Positions 9,654-18,987 of a DNA stretch of 63,647 nucleotides are shown here, piece by piece. The position numbers and the translations under genes are program-made. The DNA is taken from the IMG/VR virus record IMGVR_UViG_3300046813_000058, positions 1 to 63,647 of that record; one strand, 5' to 3'. A model generated the notes under the pieces. The model had not been told where the DNA came from, made no database searches, and saw nothing but the letters and a program-made list of their open reading frames with translations. Source of the stretch: a virus. Its lineage: Duplodnaviria > Caudoviricetes. How positions within the stretch are numbered: the first letter of the stretch is position 1; every line of letters starts with the position of its first letter.

Positions 9654-9947
9654 ATGATGAACACGACGCAGACCGAGACCGACCCGTTCGCCCTCGTAGC
9701 CGCTCACATCGAGGCCATCAAGCCCGCGCACATCGCGGCGTGGCGCGGCCCCGTGGTGCGCGGCTACGCGGTCGGCGCGGTCGTGTGGATGTGGGACCAC
9801 TACAACACCGCGGTGGTCACCGGACCCGGGACCGAGGCCGACCACTGGGCCATCACCACCACGGACGCCGACGGATCGGTGAATGAGTACGAGTACATGT
9901 CCGCCCATTTGCGGCCCGCTGTTGCGCCGGTGGAGTTCCGCTGGTGA
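9654..9947 (+). CDS. Hypothetical protein
   Basis: GGAGG RBS. Confidence 0.6.
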   Translation: MMNTTQTETDPFALVAAHIEAIKPAHIAAWRGPVVRGYAVGAVVWMWDHYNTAVVTGPGTEADHWAITTTDADGSVNEYEYMSAHLRPAVAPVEFRW

Positions 9948-10084
9948 TCTCGGAGACACTCGAGGAATTCCGAGCCCGCATCGCGGCGCGCCTCGACGAG
10001 CACTTCGCCAAGTTCGCGCCTGCCATCGCCGCGATCAACGCTGGCATGGAGACCGGCAACCGTAAGCAAGGAGAGCGACGATGA
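9944..10084 (+). CDS. Small hypothetical protein (46 aa)
   Basis: GTGA/ATGA coupling at both ends; MISETLEEFRARIAARL... Confidence 0.45.
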   Translation: MISETLEEFRARIAARLDEHFAKFAPAIAAINAGMETGNRKQGERR

Positions 10085-10425
10085 GAGCGACGATCCTGTT
10101 CCTGATATGCGCAACGGCATGCGCGCTCGACGTGGCCCCGTCCACGTCCGACAGCACGCAGGCGCTGCAGGTGCCGTGCGACTACGACGACGACGGCAAC
10201 CCGATCTACTGCAGCGGAGGCGGCGGCGGAGGCGGTGGGGCGCCCGTCAATCGATGCTCGTCGGTCACCTCGAACTGCGATCCGACGCTCCTATTCGGCC
10301 TCGCGGACCAGGCGTGCCGCACCGCGTGCCTGGACAGCGCCGCCGTGTGCCAGCCGTCCTACACCTGCCCGGCCGGGACTGACCAGCCGGTGTGCCACCT
10401 CGGCTACTGCGCGGACTGGCGATGA
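10081..10425 (+). CDS. Cys-rich putative lipoprotein (paralog A)
   Basis: Signal peptide ending ATAC, poly-Gly linker, VNRC...CDPT...HLGYC. Confidence 0.75.
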   Translation: MRATILFLICATACALDVAPSTSDSTQALQVPCDYDDDGNPIYCSGGGGGGGGAPVNRCSSVTSNCDPTLLFGLADQACRTACLDSAAVCQPSYTCPAGTDQPVCHLGYCADWR

Positions 10426-10631
10426 AGCTCGAGCACATCCCCGTCCCGGCGTGGTCGCCGCCGCGATGCGGACCCTGGCGGATCCGCTGGACGCGGCCCG
10501 ACGGCGAGAGCGGAACCACCGCGTGCACCTGGGACGTCCACGCCGAGGCGCAGGCGATGGCGAACGTTGCGAACCGCGTCTGTCGAGAGGGCTGCACGTA
10601 CGACGTCGTGCCAGCTGGAGACCCATCATGA
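10422..10631 (+). CDS. Hypothetical protein
   Basis: Coupled ORF. Confidence 0.5.
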   Translation: MKLEHIPVPAWSPPRCGPWRIRWTRPDGESGTTACTWDVHAEAQAMANVANRVCREGCTYDVVPAGDPS

Positions 10632-10987
10632 GCTCAGGTACCAAGGTCGGGCTCATCCCGAATCGCCTCCCCGCCGACCCCCGTACGCGCGGTCGCCTGC
10701 TGCGCCTTGCCCAGCGCGGCGCCGAGGTCTGCCACAAGCACCGGGCCGTGCTCCTCGCGCTGATCAGCGACACGGCGGCGGCGGCCTTGGTGGAGCTGGC
10801 GATCGCCGAGTCCCGGGCGACGGTCGCCGAGCGCTCGCTCGCTGCGGCGCAGGTGCGGATTGACCAGCTCAAGCGCCAGCTGCGCGAGGAGACCTTCGAC
10901 GAGCCGACCAGGCAGGGTGACGCCAAGGTCACCGCGCAGCTCCGCGAGCGGTCGTCGCGCACCGACATGATAAAGATCGTCGGCTGA
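10628..10987 (+). CDS. Hypothetical coiled-coil protein
   Basis: GGAG RBS, coupled. Confidence 0.55.
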   Translation: MSSGTKVGLIPNRLPADPRTRGRLLRLAQRGAEVCHKHRAVLLALISDTAAAALVELAIAESRATVAERSLAAAQVRIDQLKRQLREETFDEPTRQGDAKVTAQLRERSSRTDMIKIVG

Positions 10988-11164
10988 TCAACGGGCGCAG
11001 TGCCGCTCGCGCTCGCGGGCCATGTTCGCCCCGTGGGTTCCGCAGCGCGCGATGACCGCCTTGCAGGTCGTGCAGCGGATCAGGCGCGAGGCGCGCTCGC
11101 GACATCCGGCCGTGCCGCACGCGTGCTTGCCGATGTGGAGCAGGAGGTGGGCGGTGTTGAGCAT
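10988..11164 (-). CDS. Small Cys/His-rich hypothetical protein
   Basis: CGTAGC...CTTC...CGTH; TACGAT -10 just upstream. Confidence 0.5.
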   Translation of the reverse strand: MLNTAHLLLHIGKHACGTAGCRERASRLIRCTTCKAVIARCGTHGANMARERERHCAR

Positions 11165-11187
11165 GGGGCATCGTAGCACGACGACGC

Positions 11188-11216
11188 TTGACAGCTGAAT
11201 AGTTGTGCGGTAAACA
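11188..11216 (+). promoter_or_regulatory. Sigma70-like promoter with GCGGTAAAC box, leaderless
   Basis: TTGACA-17 bp-TAAACA, ATG at 11223. Confidence 0.7.
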
Positions 11217-11222
11217 TGATGG

Positions 11223-12014
11223 ATGGGAACAGATATCCATCTCTACGTCGAGCGACGAGATCCATCCACGGGAAGGTGGGGCTTGGTAGCACCACCCGCG
11301 ACGCCACCCGCAGCGGAGCGAACCACGATGAGAACTAACCGAGACGGGAAGGAGTACGCGTACGTCTCGCCGTTCTGGGGTCCGCACGAGTGCATGTACG
11401 ATCCGGGGCCTCCCGACGAAGATAGCGACGATCCCGAGTCCGACCGCATGCGGCGTCTTCGCTGGTACCACAATCGAAACTACGACGTGTTCGCCATCCT
11501 GACCGGCACCGTCCGCAACGGCGTCGGGTTCGCGGGCTGCGACCTCGGCGACGGGTTCCACGGCATAACCAAGGAGCCCCGTGGAGCTCCCGAGGACGCC
11601 GCGAAGCGCTTCAAGAAGGCGACGTGGGACCACAGCGAGAGCTGGCTCGGGCTCGGTGAGATCATGGAATTCAACTGGGATCAGGTCACGCGCAAGCGCG
11701 GTGTGATCCCGCTTGCCAGATCGGATGAGCGGGCATGGGGTCACGATGTTTTCTACACCGACTGGCAGGAGAAACGTGGTGCGCCGTCGTCGTACTGTGG
11801 CGATGTTGGTGGCGGCGGGACGCGAGTCGTCGATGAAGCGACGGCCAAGCACATCCTGTTAACCGGAGGAGGCACGCAAGGGGTATACGTCCGAGTCCAG
11901 TGGACGGAGACCTATCGCGAGGCGGCCAAGGACTTCCTGGCGTTCGTCGATCAGATGCTCTTGCCGCTCGGCGATCCGAATGATACGCGGATCGTCTTCG
12001 GGTTCGATTCATAG
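11223..12014 (+). CDS. Conserved phage hypothetical protein (MGxDIH...RIVFGFDS type)
   Basis: MGTDIHLYVE, RNYDVFAIL, HSESW, RIVFGFDS termini. Confidence 0.7.
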   Translation: MGTDIHLYVERRDPSTGRWGLVAPPATPPAAERTTMRTNRDGKEYAYVSPFWGPHECMYDPGPPDEDSDDPESDRMRRLRWYHNRNYDVFAILTGTVRNGVGFAGCDLGDGFHGITKEPRGAPEDAAKRFKKATWDHSESWLGLGEIMEFNWDQVTRKRGVIPLARSDERAWGHDVFYTDWQEKRGAPSSYCGDVGGGGTRVVDEATAKHILLTGGGTQGVYVRVQWTETYREAAKDFLAFVDQMLLPLGDPNDTRIVFGFDS

Positions 12015-12037
12015 CGCGGCATGATACCCTGACGGGG

Positions 12038-13873
12038 ATGGCATCCATCCCCGGCTCCATGATCGGCGCCCAGCTCGACAGCCTCCCCGGCGGCCCGGCG
12101 CTCGCCGCGGCCACCGCGCTGAACATGCGGCTGCGGTCCGACGCGCCGGCTGGCGGCACCGCGACCGCGCAGCTCAATCTCGCGTCCGACGCGCTCTCAC
12201 TGACCTGGGGGGACCTGTGCGCGCGGCACCCCGAATGGCTGGGCGACTACTGGGCCGAGTGCCGGGCGCTCTACGCCGGCGGTCAGCGCTTGCTCGCCGA
12301 TCCAGCGCTGATGAAGCGGCTGTTCCCGCAGAACCTGTATGAGGACGCGGCCGTGTATGAACAGCGCAAGCGCCGCGCCCACTACTACCCGTACCCCGGG
12401 ACGATCATCGACCACCTGCTGGCCGGACTCGGGACCGACCCGCTCAAGGTCTCATTCACCCTGCTCGATGCCGACGACGGCAAGGCACAGGAGCCTGATG
12501 CGAAAGCGAAGTGGTGGCAGGAGTGGGTGTCCGACGTCACCGACGAGGCCGAGCGCCCCGCGGACTACGGGCTCGAGGATACCAACGACGAGGACGAGGA
12601 CGACGAGGGCGGCCGGTCGATCCACCGCTTCTGCGTCGACACGTTGCGCGAGGCGCTGCAGACCCGCACGGCGTGGGTGCTCGCCGACCTGCCGCGCGCC
12701 GGCGAAGAGGAGCCGGGCGAGGGCCTGGACCCGTATCTCCGCCTGATCCCTGCGGAGCAGGTGGTCGACTGGCAGTACGACGACGAGGGCCGGCTGACCT
12801 GGGCCATGGTCCTGACGTGCGCGCAGATCCGCCTGACCCCGAAGGATCGCCGCAAGGCCGTGCGCCACACGTTCGTCGTGTGGGACGCCTACCAGTGGCT
12901 CAAGTACGTGATCGACGTCGACCCCGCCAAGCCCCCGCACGTGGACGAGGTGTTCCGCCCGATCGACGGCGGCCCGCACGCGTTCGGGCGCGTCCCGCTC
13001 GAGTGCCTGGCGTTGCCCGAGGGCCTCTACGCGATGGGCAAGCTCCACTGCCTGGCCAAGGAGCACCTGAACAAGCGCTGCGCGATGGGGTGGGCTGAGT
13101 ACCGCTCGCTGTTCGCGCAGCTCTACGAGTTCCTGGGGCCGAGCGACGGTTCCCAATCCGGAACGGACCTGCCGACGATCGCGAGCGACCAGAACCGGAC
13201 TACGAACCAGGTGCGCGGTGTGGGCTACACACAGACGCGCGCGGCCGGCGATGACGCGCGGTACGTCGGGATCGACCCGGCGGTGTTCGTCGCGGCGCGC
13301 GAGAGCTGCAACGACGCGATGCGCGAGATGCACCGGGTCATGTTCAGCATGGCGCTGTCGGCGAACATGGACAACGCGGCGCTGCAGCGCTCGGGCGAGA
13401 GCAAGCAGCAAGATCATGCGACGACGGCGGTGGTGCTGGATGCGCTCGCGGCGCTGCTGCACCCGTTCGTGCGCCGGCTGTTCGTGCTCGCGTCGCTGGG
13501 CCGCGGCGAGGCCGTGCCGAAGGCCAGCATCACCGGCCTGGAAAGCTTCGACGTCACCGGCGTGAACGACGCGATCGCGCTGGCGATCGACGTGTTCAAC
13601 GGGATTCCGCAGAAGAGCCCGCGGTTCGCCGAGTTGTTCCTCTCGAAGACCTACGGGACGATCCTGGGCGACGTGCCCCAGGATGACGCCGAGCTCATCC
13701 GCGAGCAGATCCGCGAGAGCCTGACGGCGGAGGAGATGGCGGCAGAGGCGATGCAAGCCGCGGCGACCGCAGGCGGGGCGGTGCAGCCGGGCGCGAATCC
13801 ACCGGCCGGCGCTGGTCCGGTGCCACCAGCGCAACCCAAGCCCGCAGCGAAGCCGGCGCGGGCCAAGAAGTGA
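12038..13873 (+). CDS. Portal protein
   Basis: 611 aa after TerL and before MuF; YEQRKRRAHYYPY, VVDW, HAFGRVP, SGESKQQD motifs. Confidence 0.8.
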   Translation: MASIPGSMIGAQLDSLPGGPALAAATALNMRLRSDAPAGGTATAQLNLASDALSLTWGDLCARHPEWLGDYWAECRALYAGGQRLLADPALMKRLFPQNLYEDAAVYEQRKRRAHYYPYPGTIIDHLLAGLGTDPLKVSFTLLDADDGKAQEPDAKAKWWQEWVSDVTDEAERPADYGLEDTNDEDEDDEGGRSIHRFCVDTLREALQTRTAWVLADLPRAGEEEPGEGLDPYLRLIPAEQVVDWQYDDEGRLTWAMVLTCAQIRLTPKDRRKAVRHTFVVWDAYQWLKYVIDVDPAKPPHVDEVFRPIDGGPHAFGRVPLECLALPEGLYAMGKLHCLAKEHLNKRCAMGWAEYRSLFAQLYEFLGPSDGSQSGTDLPTIASDQNRTTNQVRGVGYTQTRAAGDDARYVGIDPAVFVAARESCNDAMREMHRVMFSMALSANMDNAALQRSGESKQQDHATTAVVLDALAALLHPFVRRLFVLASLGRGEAVPKASITGLESFDVTGVNDAIALAIDVFNGIPQKSPRFAELFLSKTYGTILGDVPQDDAELIREQIRESLTAEEMAAEAMQAAATAGGAVQPGANPPAGAGPVPPAQPKPAAKPARAKK

Positions 13874-13875
13874 GC

Positions 13876-14682
13876 TCAGCCCTTGATGGCCTTGGCAGGC
13901 GCCGGGAGTCCGCGCCCGCCGCCGGTCAGGTTAACCGTGGCGCCGGCCGCACGCCCGGCCACCAGACCAGAGCGGCTCGAAATCTGACCGATCGGCGTTG
14001 CCTTGCCAAACGAAGCGGACCGCCGCATGTACGCGGCCTCCACCTCTGCTCGGTCATGGTCGATGATCGCGAGCGCCTGCGTCTCGCGGCTTGTCTGGTT
14101 CGCGGTGTCCGGTCCGGTCAGCGCCGCTGCGGCGGCAACGTCGGATCGCTTGTTCGTTTCTTGTTCAGAGGCCTGCCTGCGCAGCCGCTTCGCGATCACG
14201 CCGGATGCACCGACACGAAACGCGTTCTTCCACGAGCGGGCCGGCTGATCGTAGCCAGCGTCGCGCCGTGCAAGGTGACCGATCGGACCATCCCAGGCCT
14301 CATCGGCGAGCCGGTCGACCTCACGGTAGAGGTACTGGCAAAGGTAGTCCCAGGTCCGGATCGCGCTCGTGCGCCCCATGCCCAAGATCTTCCCTCCACA
14401 GCTGAACATCTCGATCCCGAGTGCCTGGGCGGCACCCGAAGCGATGAACACCTTCCACGCCACGCGCCGGCCTTCGGTCTTAGTTCCCGTGATGCCCTCC
14501 TCGACGATCGGCTCCGCATGGCGCTCGGAGTCGGTCACGCGGAGCATGGCTTCATTGAGGTCGTGCTTGCGCATGAGCTCGGCGGCACGCGCGGCTGCCG
14601 CCGCTGCCTCGTGCTCGTTGCTGCTCTTGCTGAGTTCCAGGAGCTTGCGAATCCGATCGACGATTTGGCTCGGTGCGTTCAT
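13876..14682 (-). CDS. DUF2786-domain protein
   Basis: IVDRIRKLLELSKSSNEHEAAAAAARAAELMRKHDL; SWKNAFRVG. Confidence 0.8.
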   Translation of the reverse strand: MNAPSQIVDRIRKLLELSKSSNEHEAAAAAARAAELMRKHDLNEAMLRVTDSERHAEPIVEEGITGTKTEGRRVAWKVFIASGAAQALGIEMFSCGGKILGMGRTSAIRTWDYLCQYLYREVDRLADEAWDGPIGHLARRDAGYDQPARSWKNAFRVGASGVIAKRLRRQASEQETNKRSDVAAAAALTGPDTANQTSRETQALAIIDHDRAEVEAAYMRRSASFGKATPIGQISSRSGLVAGRAAGATVNLTGGGRGLPAPAKAIKG

Positions 14683-14688
14683 GCTCGA

Positions 14689-14716
14689 AGCGTAGCACCG
14701 CGGTAAACTATGTCAA
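14689..14716 (-). promoter_or_regulatory. Sigma70-like promoter, leaderless, GCGGTAAAC box in spacer
   Basis: TTGACATAGTTTACCGCGGTGC-TACGCT, ATG 6 nt downstream at 14682. Confidence 0.7.
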
Positions 14717-16374
14717 GCGCCAAGGTCGAAGCCGTACAGCGTCTGGTCCGCGAGTCGGTCCAGGCGGTGGACGCGCTCTCGCCGGTGGCGCTGCGGGCGG
14801 TGCTGCCGGCGCTGCGGGCGGTGCGCGACGAGCTGCAGACCGACGTCCGGGGCTGGCTCGACGGCGCCGACTACCGGGGCGCGTTCACCGCGCTGCAGCG
14901 CACCGGGATGTTGCGCGCGCTCGAGGGCACCTTCGACCGGGTCAGGGAGCTCGACCCGGCGATGGCTGGCGCGCTCGCGGCGGGGCGGCATGCCACGGGG
15001 CCGCTGGCGATCCACAACCTCGACACCGAGATCACCCGGTTGTCGGCGATCTTCGGGAATGGCATGCCACAGCTCCCCGACATCAAGACGGCGGCGGTGC
15101 TGGCGCAGGGCGACAAGCTGCTCTGGCGCCGGCACGAGAGCTCGGCGAAGCGCTACGCCGGCCAGGTCGGCGACGACATCAAGCACCTGCTCGCGGTTGG
15201 GGTCGCAAAGCACGAGAGCATCGAGCAGCTGGTCGCGCGCCTGCGCAAACTCGGCCCGGGGCCGCGTGTGGTCGGCGGCGATCCCGGGGCAGACGCGGCG
15301 CGGATCGCGGAGGGGATGTTCGCGCGACACCGCTGGTGGGCCGACCGGCTCGTGCGCACCGAGACGATGCACGCCTACAACGTCCAGCACGACGTTGCGA
15401 CGGTGCACGCGAATGAGAACCGGCCCGACGGCGAGCCGGAGTACGTGCGGCGGTGGGACGCGAGCATGGACAGCCGGGTGTGCCCGATCTGCGCGGGGCT
15501 CGATGGCAAGACGGCGCCGATCGGCGGCATGTTCCCAGGCGGCTACGACAGCCCGCCCGCACATTCGTGCTGTAGATGCACGGTGTTAGCCTGGAACCCA
15601 GCCTGGGGCGAGATGCGCACCGCGACCGACGCGCGCGCCGCGGCGCGGCCCGAGCCAGAGCCCGAGCCGATCAGGCACGAGGACGGCCCGGTGGCGATCG
15701 AGAACCGCGCGGCCGACCACGCGCCCGACGGCTGGCGGATCGGCGTGGGCCGCATCCACGAGCACGCCACCGAGGTCCCGGACGTCGTGCCGACGCAGCC
15801 GGCGGTGGTCGCGCGCGAGCACGTGCCCGAGTCCGCGTACCGCGCAGCAGCCGAGCGCGCCGCGGCGAAGCTGGTCCAGGTCGTCGAGGCCGCGGAGAAA
15901 CGCGCTGCCCCGGAGGCGGAGGCGGTCATCTGGGAGCACAAGAAGAACCCGAAGCGTGTGGAGGCGGCGAGAAAGGCGGGGGAGGCTTCCGTGGAGCGCC
16001 GGCGCGAGATCCATTCGGCTGTTGCGAGCAATCTGCCGCAGGAGCTGCAAGCGACGTGGGGCAAGGAGGGCCACAAGTTCATGCAGCAGGAGGCGGCACG
16101 GATCCGCGGCGTCAAGGATCCCATCAACGCGGCGTCCAAGATCTCCGAGGCGTTCGCCGAGCAGTACGGATCTGGCAGCGAGACCTCACGCGGCTACGAG
16201 GGGGACAGGTACCACCGGCGCGCGGAGATCGAGGCGAAGCATGCCGAGTCGTGGGCGGACGAGCAGGAGAAGAAATACTACGCGGCGGCGGCGCGCTCCG
16301 AGCGTCAGGTTCAGCCGGCGAGGGCGCCGCGGACGTCGCAGAAATCGAAGCATGACGACGATGTCCCGTTCTGA
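14710..16374 (+). CDS. Phage minor head protein (Mu gpF/SPP1 gp7 family) with C-terminal extension
   Basis: RLVRTETMHAYN, WDASMDSRVCPIC..LDG, PPAHSCCRC. Confidence 0.9.
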   Translation: MSSAKVEAVQRLVRESVQAVDALSPVALRAVLPALRAVRDELQTDVRGWLDGADYRGAFTALQRTGMLRALEGTFDRVRELDPAMAGALAAGRHATGPLAIHNLDTEITRLSAIFGNGMPQLPDIKTAAVLAQGDKLLWRRHESSAKRYAGQVGDDIKHLLAVGVAKHESIEQLVARLRKLGPGPRVVGGDPGADAARIAEGMFARHRWWADRLVRTETMHAYNVQHDVATVHANENRPDGEPEYVRRWDASMDSRVCPICAGLDGKTAPIGGMFPGGYDSPPAHSCCRCTVLAWNPAWGEMRTATDARAAARPEPEPEPIRHEDGPVAIENRAADHAPDGWRIGVGRIHEHATEVPDVVPTQPAVVAREHVPESAYRAAAERAAAKLVQVVEAAEKRAAPEAEAVIWEHKKNPKRVEAARKAGEASVERRREIHSAVASNLPQELQATWGKEGHKFMQQEAARIRGVKDPINAASKISEAFAEQYGSGSETSRGYEGDRYHRRAEIEAKHAESWADEQEKKYYAAAARSERQVQPARAPRTSQKSKHDDDVPF

Positions 16375-16387
16375 TACAGTAAACTCG

Positions 16388-16672
16388 ATGAGTCAGCCAA
16401 GCGCAGTGGTCCTGCGTCGAGCGGCAGCGATGGCCACGCTCGACGCCCGGGCGGCATGGAAGGAGGCGCGCGCCCATCCCGACGAGAAGCGCACCAGGGC
16501 CGCGTTCCGCCAATGCGTGCTAGCGGCTCGGATGATGCGCCGAGCAGCCGGCACGCTGGCGGCCGGTGGCGATCGGCGGCGACGGATGACGGCGGATGCC
16601 GAGCGGATCAAGGCTGCCGCAGACGATCTCAAGGCGCGGCTCGTCCGCATTGTCGAAGACGGCTCGGCGTGA
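16388..16672 (+). CDS. Hypothetical basic helical protein
   Basis: ORF fills gap after MuF. Confidence 0.45.
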   Translation: MSQPSAVVLRRAAAMATLDARAAWKEARAHPDEKRTRAAFRQCVLAARMMRRAAGTLAAGGDRRRRMTADAERIKAAADDLKARLVRIVEDGSA

Positions 16673-16748
16673 CCCGGGGATCTGCCAAGGGCGCGCCAGG
16701 TCTCACCGGCCCGGCGCTGGGGGTGGCCGTTCGGGGAGCCGAAGTAGC

Positions 16749-16776
16749 TTGACATAGTTTGTAGCGGTGCTATGTT
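16749..16776 (+). promoter_or_regulatory. Sigma70-like promoter, leaderless
   Basis: TTGACA-16 bp-TATGTT, ATG at 16783. Confidence 0.75.
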
Positions 16777-16782
16777 GATGGC

Positions 16783-17181
16783 ATGAATACCTCCATGGAA
16801 CGCGCTTCGCTGCCGCGTATCGTCCGATTCCTCGGTGTCGATGACCACGGGCCGGGCGGATCGGCGAGCTGCCCGCACTGCGGCGCCACCGGGCGCTACG
16901 TGATCCGATTCCAGGTCGAAGACGGACGGCAGCTTGGTGCGATGCGCGGCTGCGTCAAGCTGTTCCCGGTCACCGAGCTGGCGCGGCAGCACGAGCACTT
17001 CGTGGCCAAGCAGACGCGATACTCGGCGCAGCGACCGCCGTGGAAGCTGAATGCGCTTGATGCCGAGGCGCTGCGCGGAATCGAGGAGGCGATCGACGGC
17101 AAGGCCGACGTGCATCAGGCTGTCATCCGCGCGCAAACCGCCCGCAAGATCGCGGCGATGTCCGCAAGGAGGAGACGATGA
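16783..17181 (+). CDS. Hypothetical protein with CPHC motif
   Basis: Leaderless ORF; CPHCG...GC. Confidence 0.65.
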   Translation: MNTSMERASLPRIVRFLGVDDHGPGGSASCPHCGATGRYVIRFQVEDGRQLGAMRGCVKLFPVTELARQHEHFVAKQTRYSAQRPPWKLNALDAEALRGIEEAIDGKADVHQAVIRAQTARKIAAMSARRRR

Positions 17182-17423
17182 GCAAGATCACCCACGATGC
17201 GTCTGGACGAGAGCTGTGCGGGACATGCGCTCCAGGTACCGAGGAGGCCAACCATCCTGTCGGGATGATCTTCGTCGGCTGGGGGCATGGATGGCAGCCA
17301 TGCAAGACCTGCGGCGGATCTGGGCTGGCGAGTACCAAACATTGCTCGGACAGTCATTGCGAGCTGCCGTTTGGTCACACCGGCGCGCACCGGATGGGCC
17401 TCTACATCAGGGTCCAAGACTGA
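17178..17423 (+). CDS. Small zinc-finger protein
   Basis: AAGGAGG RBS; CGTC, CKTCGGSG, C..C..GH.G.H. Confidence 0.6.
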   Translation: MSKITHDASGRELCGTCAPGTEEANHPVGMIFVGWGHGWQPCKTCGGSGLASTKHCSDSHCELPFGHTGAHRMGLYIRVQD

Positions 17424-17485
17424 ACGTCCGCCGGGCTTCCTGTAGACGCCGTGCGGTAAACGCGCCAAGATGTCACAGGAGCATC

Positions 17486-18280
17486 ATGGCACCCAAAATC
17501 AAGAAGCCGGACGACGACGACGACACCGAGACTGACGACTTCACCGAGGCGCAGCTGAACAAGCTGGGCGGCCTGGTGAACGCGGCGGTGAGCAAGCAGC
17601 TGGGGCGCCAGCTGGACAAGGCGGTGGGCACGGCGCTGGCGCCGCAGCTCGCCGAGCTCAAGGAGCTGATCCAGGGCAAGGCCAAGGCGGCGCCGGCCGG
17701 TGACGAGACCGAGGACGACGAGACCGAGGATCCCCCGGTGAAGCCCGCGAAGGGCAAGACCGGCAAGCAGCCCGCGCGCGCGGCCGGCCCGGATCCGGCG
17801 GTCGCCGCGATGCAGCGCGAGCTGGCGCAGATCAAGGAGGAGCGGGCCAGGGAGCGCACCCAGGCCGCGGCGGCGCAGCGCGACGGCGCGCTCCGTGACC
17901 ACCTGGGCAAGCTGGGCGTCAAGCCCGAGCTCATGCGCGGCGCGGTGGCGATCCTCCGCGAGTCGACCCGCCAGGATGAGAAAACGGGCGACTGGTCGTA
18001 CGTGGCGCAGCGTGACGGCTACACCGAGGAGCTGGACCTGGGCGCCGGCGCCAAGGACTGGATCGGCACGGACGAGGGCAAGGCGCACGTCGCCGCGCCG
18101 GAGAAACCGCGTCCGGGTGGGACCGGCATGCCGCGCGTGATCGGCGGCAACGGTGGCGCTCGTCCGGCGGCGAGCGGCGACGCGAAGACCGCCAAGGCCC
18201 AGAAGGTGGCCGGCGCGTACGAGCAGCTGGCGCAGGCCGCCGGGGCGCTGGTGGCCGGCGGTGACCTTCCGAGCAGTTAG
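17486..18280 (+). CDS. Probable capsid scaffolding protein
   Basis: AGGAG RBS; acidic/low-complexity N-terminus, coiled coil, PGGTG near C-terminus; between MuF and capsid. Confidence 0.7.
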   Translation: MAPKIKKPDDDDDTETDDFTEAQLNKLGGLVNAAVSKQLGRQLDKAVGTALAPQLAELKELIQGKAKAAPAGDETEDDETEDPPVKPAKGKTGKQPARAAGPDPAVAAMQRELAQIKEERARERTQAAAAQRDGALRDHLGKLGVKPELMRGAVAILRESTRQDEKTGDWSYVAQRDGYTEELDLGAGAKDWIGTDEGKAHVAAPEKPRPGGTGMPRVIGGNGGARPAASGDAKTAKAQKVAGAYEQLAQAAGALVAGGDLPSS

Positions 18281-18323
18281 CGGTTAGGCGAAGAACGAAG
18301 CCAGCGCGGGCCAAGAAGTCAGC

Positions 18324-18581
18324 TCAGCCAATCCCCATCTGTCGCCGTTCGGCCTGCGCATCCTGGGCGTGGCCGCCATGGCCAGACTCGTACGAGCATC
18401 CGCCGGGCCGAGCGGCGCAGTCGATCTCGGCCTCGCCACAGTCGTCGCAGATCGGCAGCAGGTTGCACGCGTCGCACCACAAGGTGGCCGTGCCGGCGGC
18501 CTTCGGGGCACGGCACTTCGCGCGGTCGCAGGTGGTGTTCTGATAGGTGGGCTGAGCCGGTAGGTTCATCGTGTTCATCAC
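18324..18581 (-). CDS. Cys-rich zinc-binding hypothetical protein
   Basis: CDAC...CDDC; leaderless start behind promoter. Confidence 0.6.
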   Translation of the reverse strand: MMNTMNLPAQPTYQNTTCDRAKCRAPKAAGTATLWCDACNLLPICDDCGEAEIDCAARPGGCSYESGHGGHAQDAQAERRQMGIG

Positions 18582-18587
18582 GAGAAC

Positions 18588-18615
18588 AACATAGCACTGC
18601 GGTAAACTATGTCAA
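18588..18615 (-). promoter_or_regulatory. Sigma70-like promoter, leaderless, GCGGTAAAC box in spacer
   Basis: TTGACATAGTTTACCGCAGTGC-TATGTT, near-identical to 14689-14716. Confidence 0.75.
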
Positions 18616-18635
18616 GCCTGACCGTCGCGCCAAGT

Positions 18636-18827
18636 TCAGCAGCTACCGCAGCCGCTGAGCCCAGTGTGACACCCGGTCGCCTCGCTCGGGCACCCGTTGT
18701 TCCCGTCCGTGGCTGCGGTGGTGGGATCTGGGATGAACCCGCCGCCGGCTCTGGTCAGCTGCCGGCTCGACAGCACGCGCACGCTCTCACGCGACAGCTT
18801 CAGTACCCGCTTGTTCGTTTGCTTCAT
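18636..18827 (-). CDS. Lanthipeptide/RiPP precursor-like peptide 1
   Basis: Basic leader LKLSRESVRVL...GG, then 33-aa core with 8 Ser/Thr and 4 Cys. Confidence 0.75.
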   Translation of the reverse strand: MKQTNKRVLKLSRESVRVLSSRQLTRAGGGFIPDPTTAATDGNNGCPSEATGCHTGLSGCGSC

Positions 18828-18871
18828 GGGGCGACCGTAGCGCGGGCGGCCTGTTTCAGGTAGGCTCTGCT

Positions 18872-18946
<75 letters not shown>

Positions 18947-18953
18947 ATTCCCC

Positions 18954-18981
18954 TTGCGTTTTAGCGTAGTGCTGCTATAAA
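18954..18981 (+). promoter_or_regulatory. Sigma70-like promoter, leaderless
   Basis: TTGCGT-16 bp-TATAAA, ATG at 18988. Confidence 0.7.
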
Positions 18982-18987
18982 TATGGC

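Noticed and set aside
10071-10094. GAGAGCGACGAT tandem duplication at the lipoprotein start
   Set aside because: Only two 12-bp copies; probably a local duplication with no evident function
16673-16748. Possible ribozyme or ncRNA in the GC-rich gap
   Set aside because: Could not fit HDV, twister or hammerhead consensus; pairing is explicable by GC content
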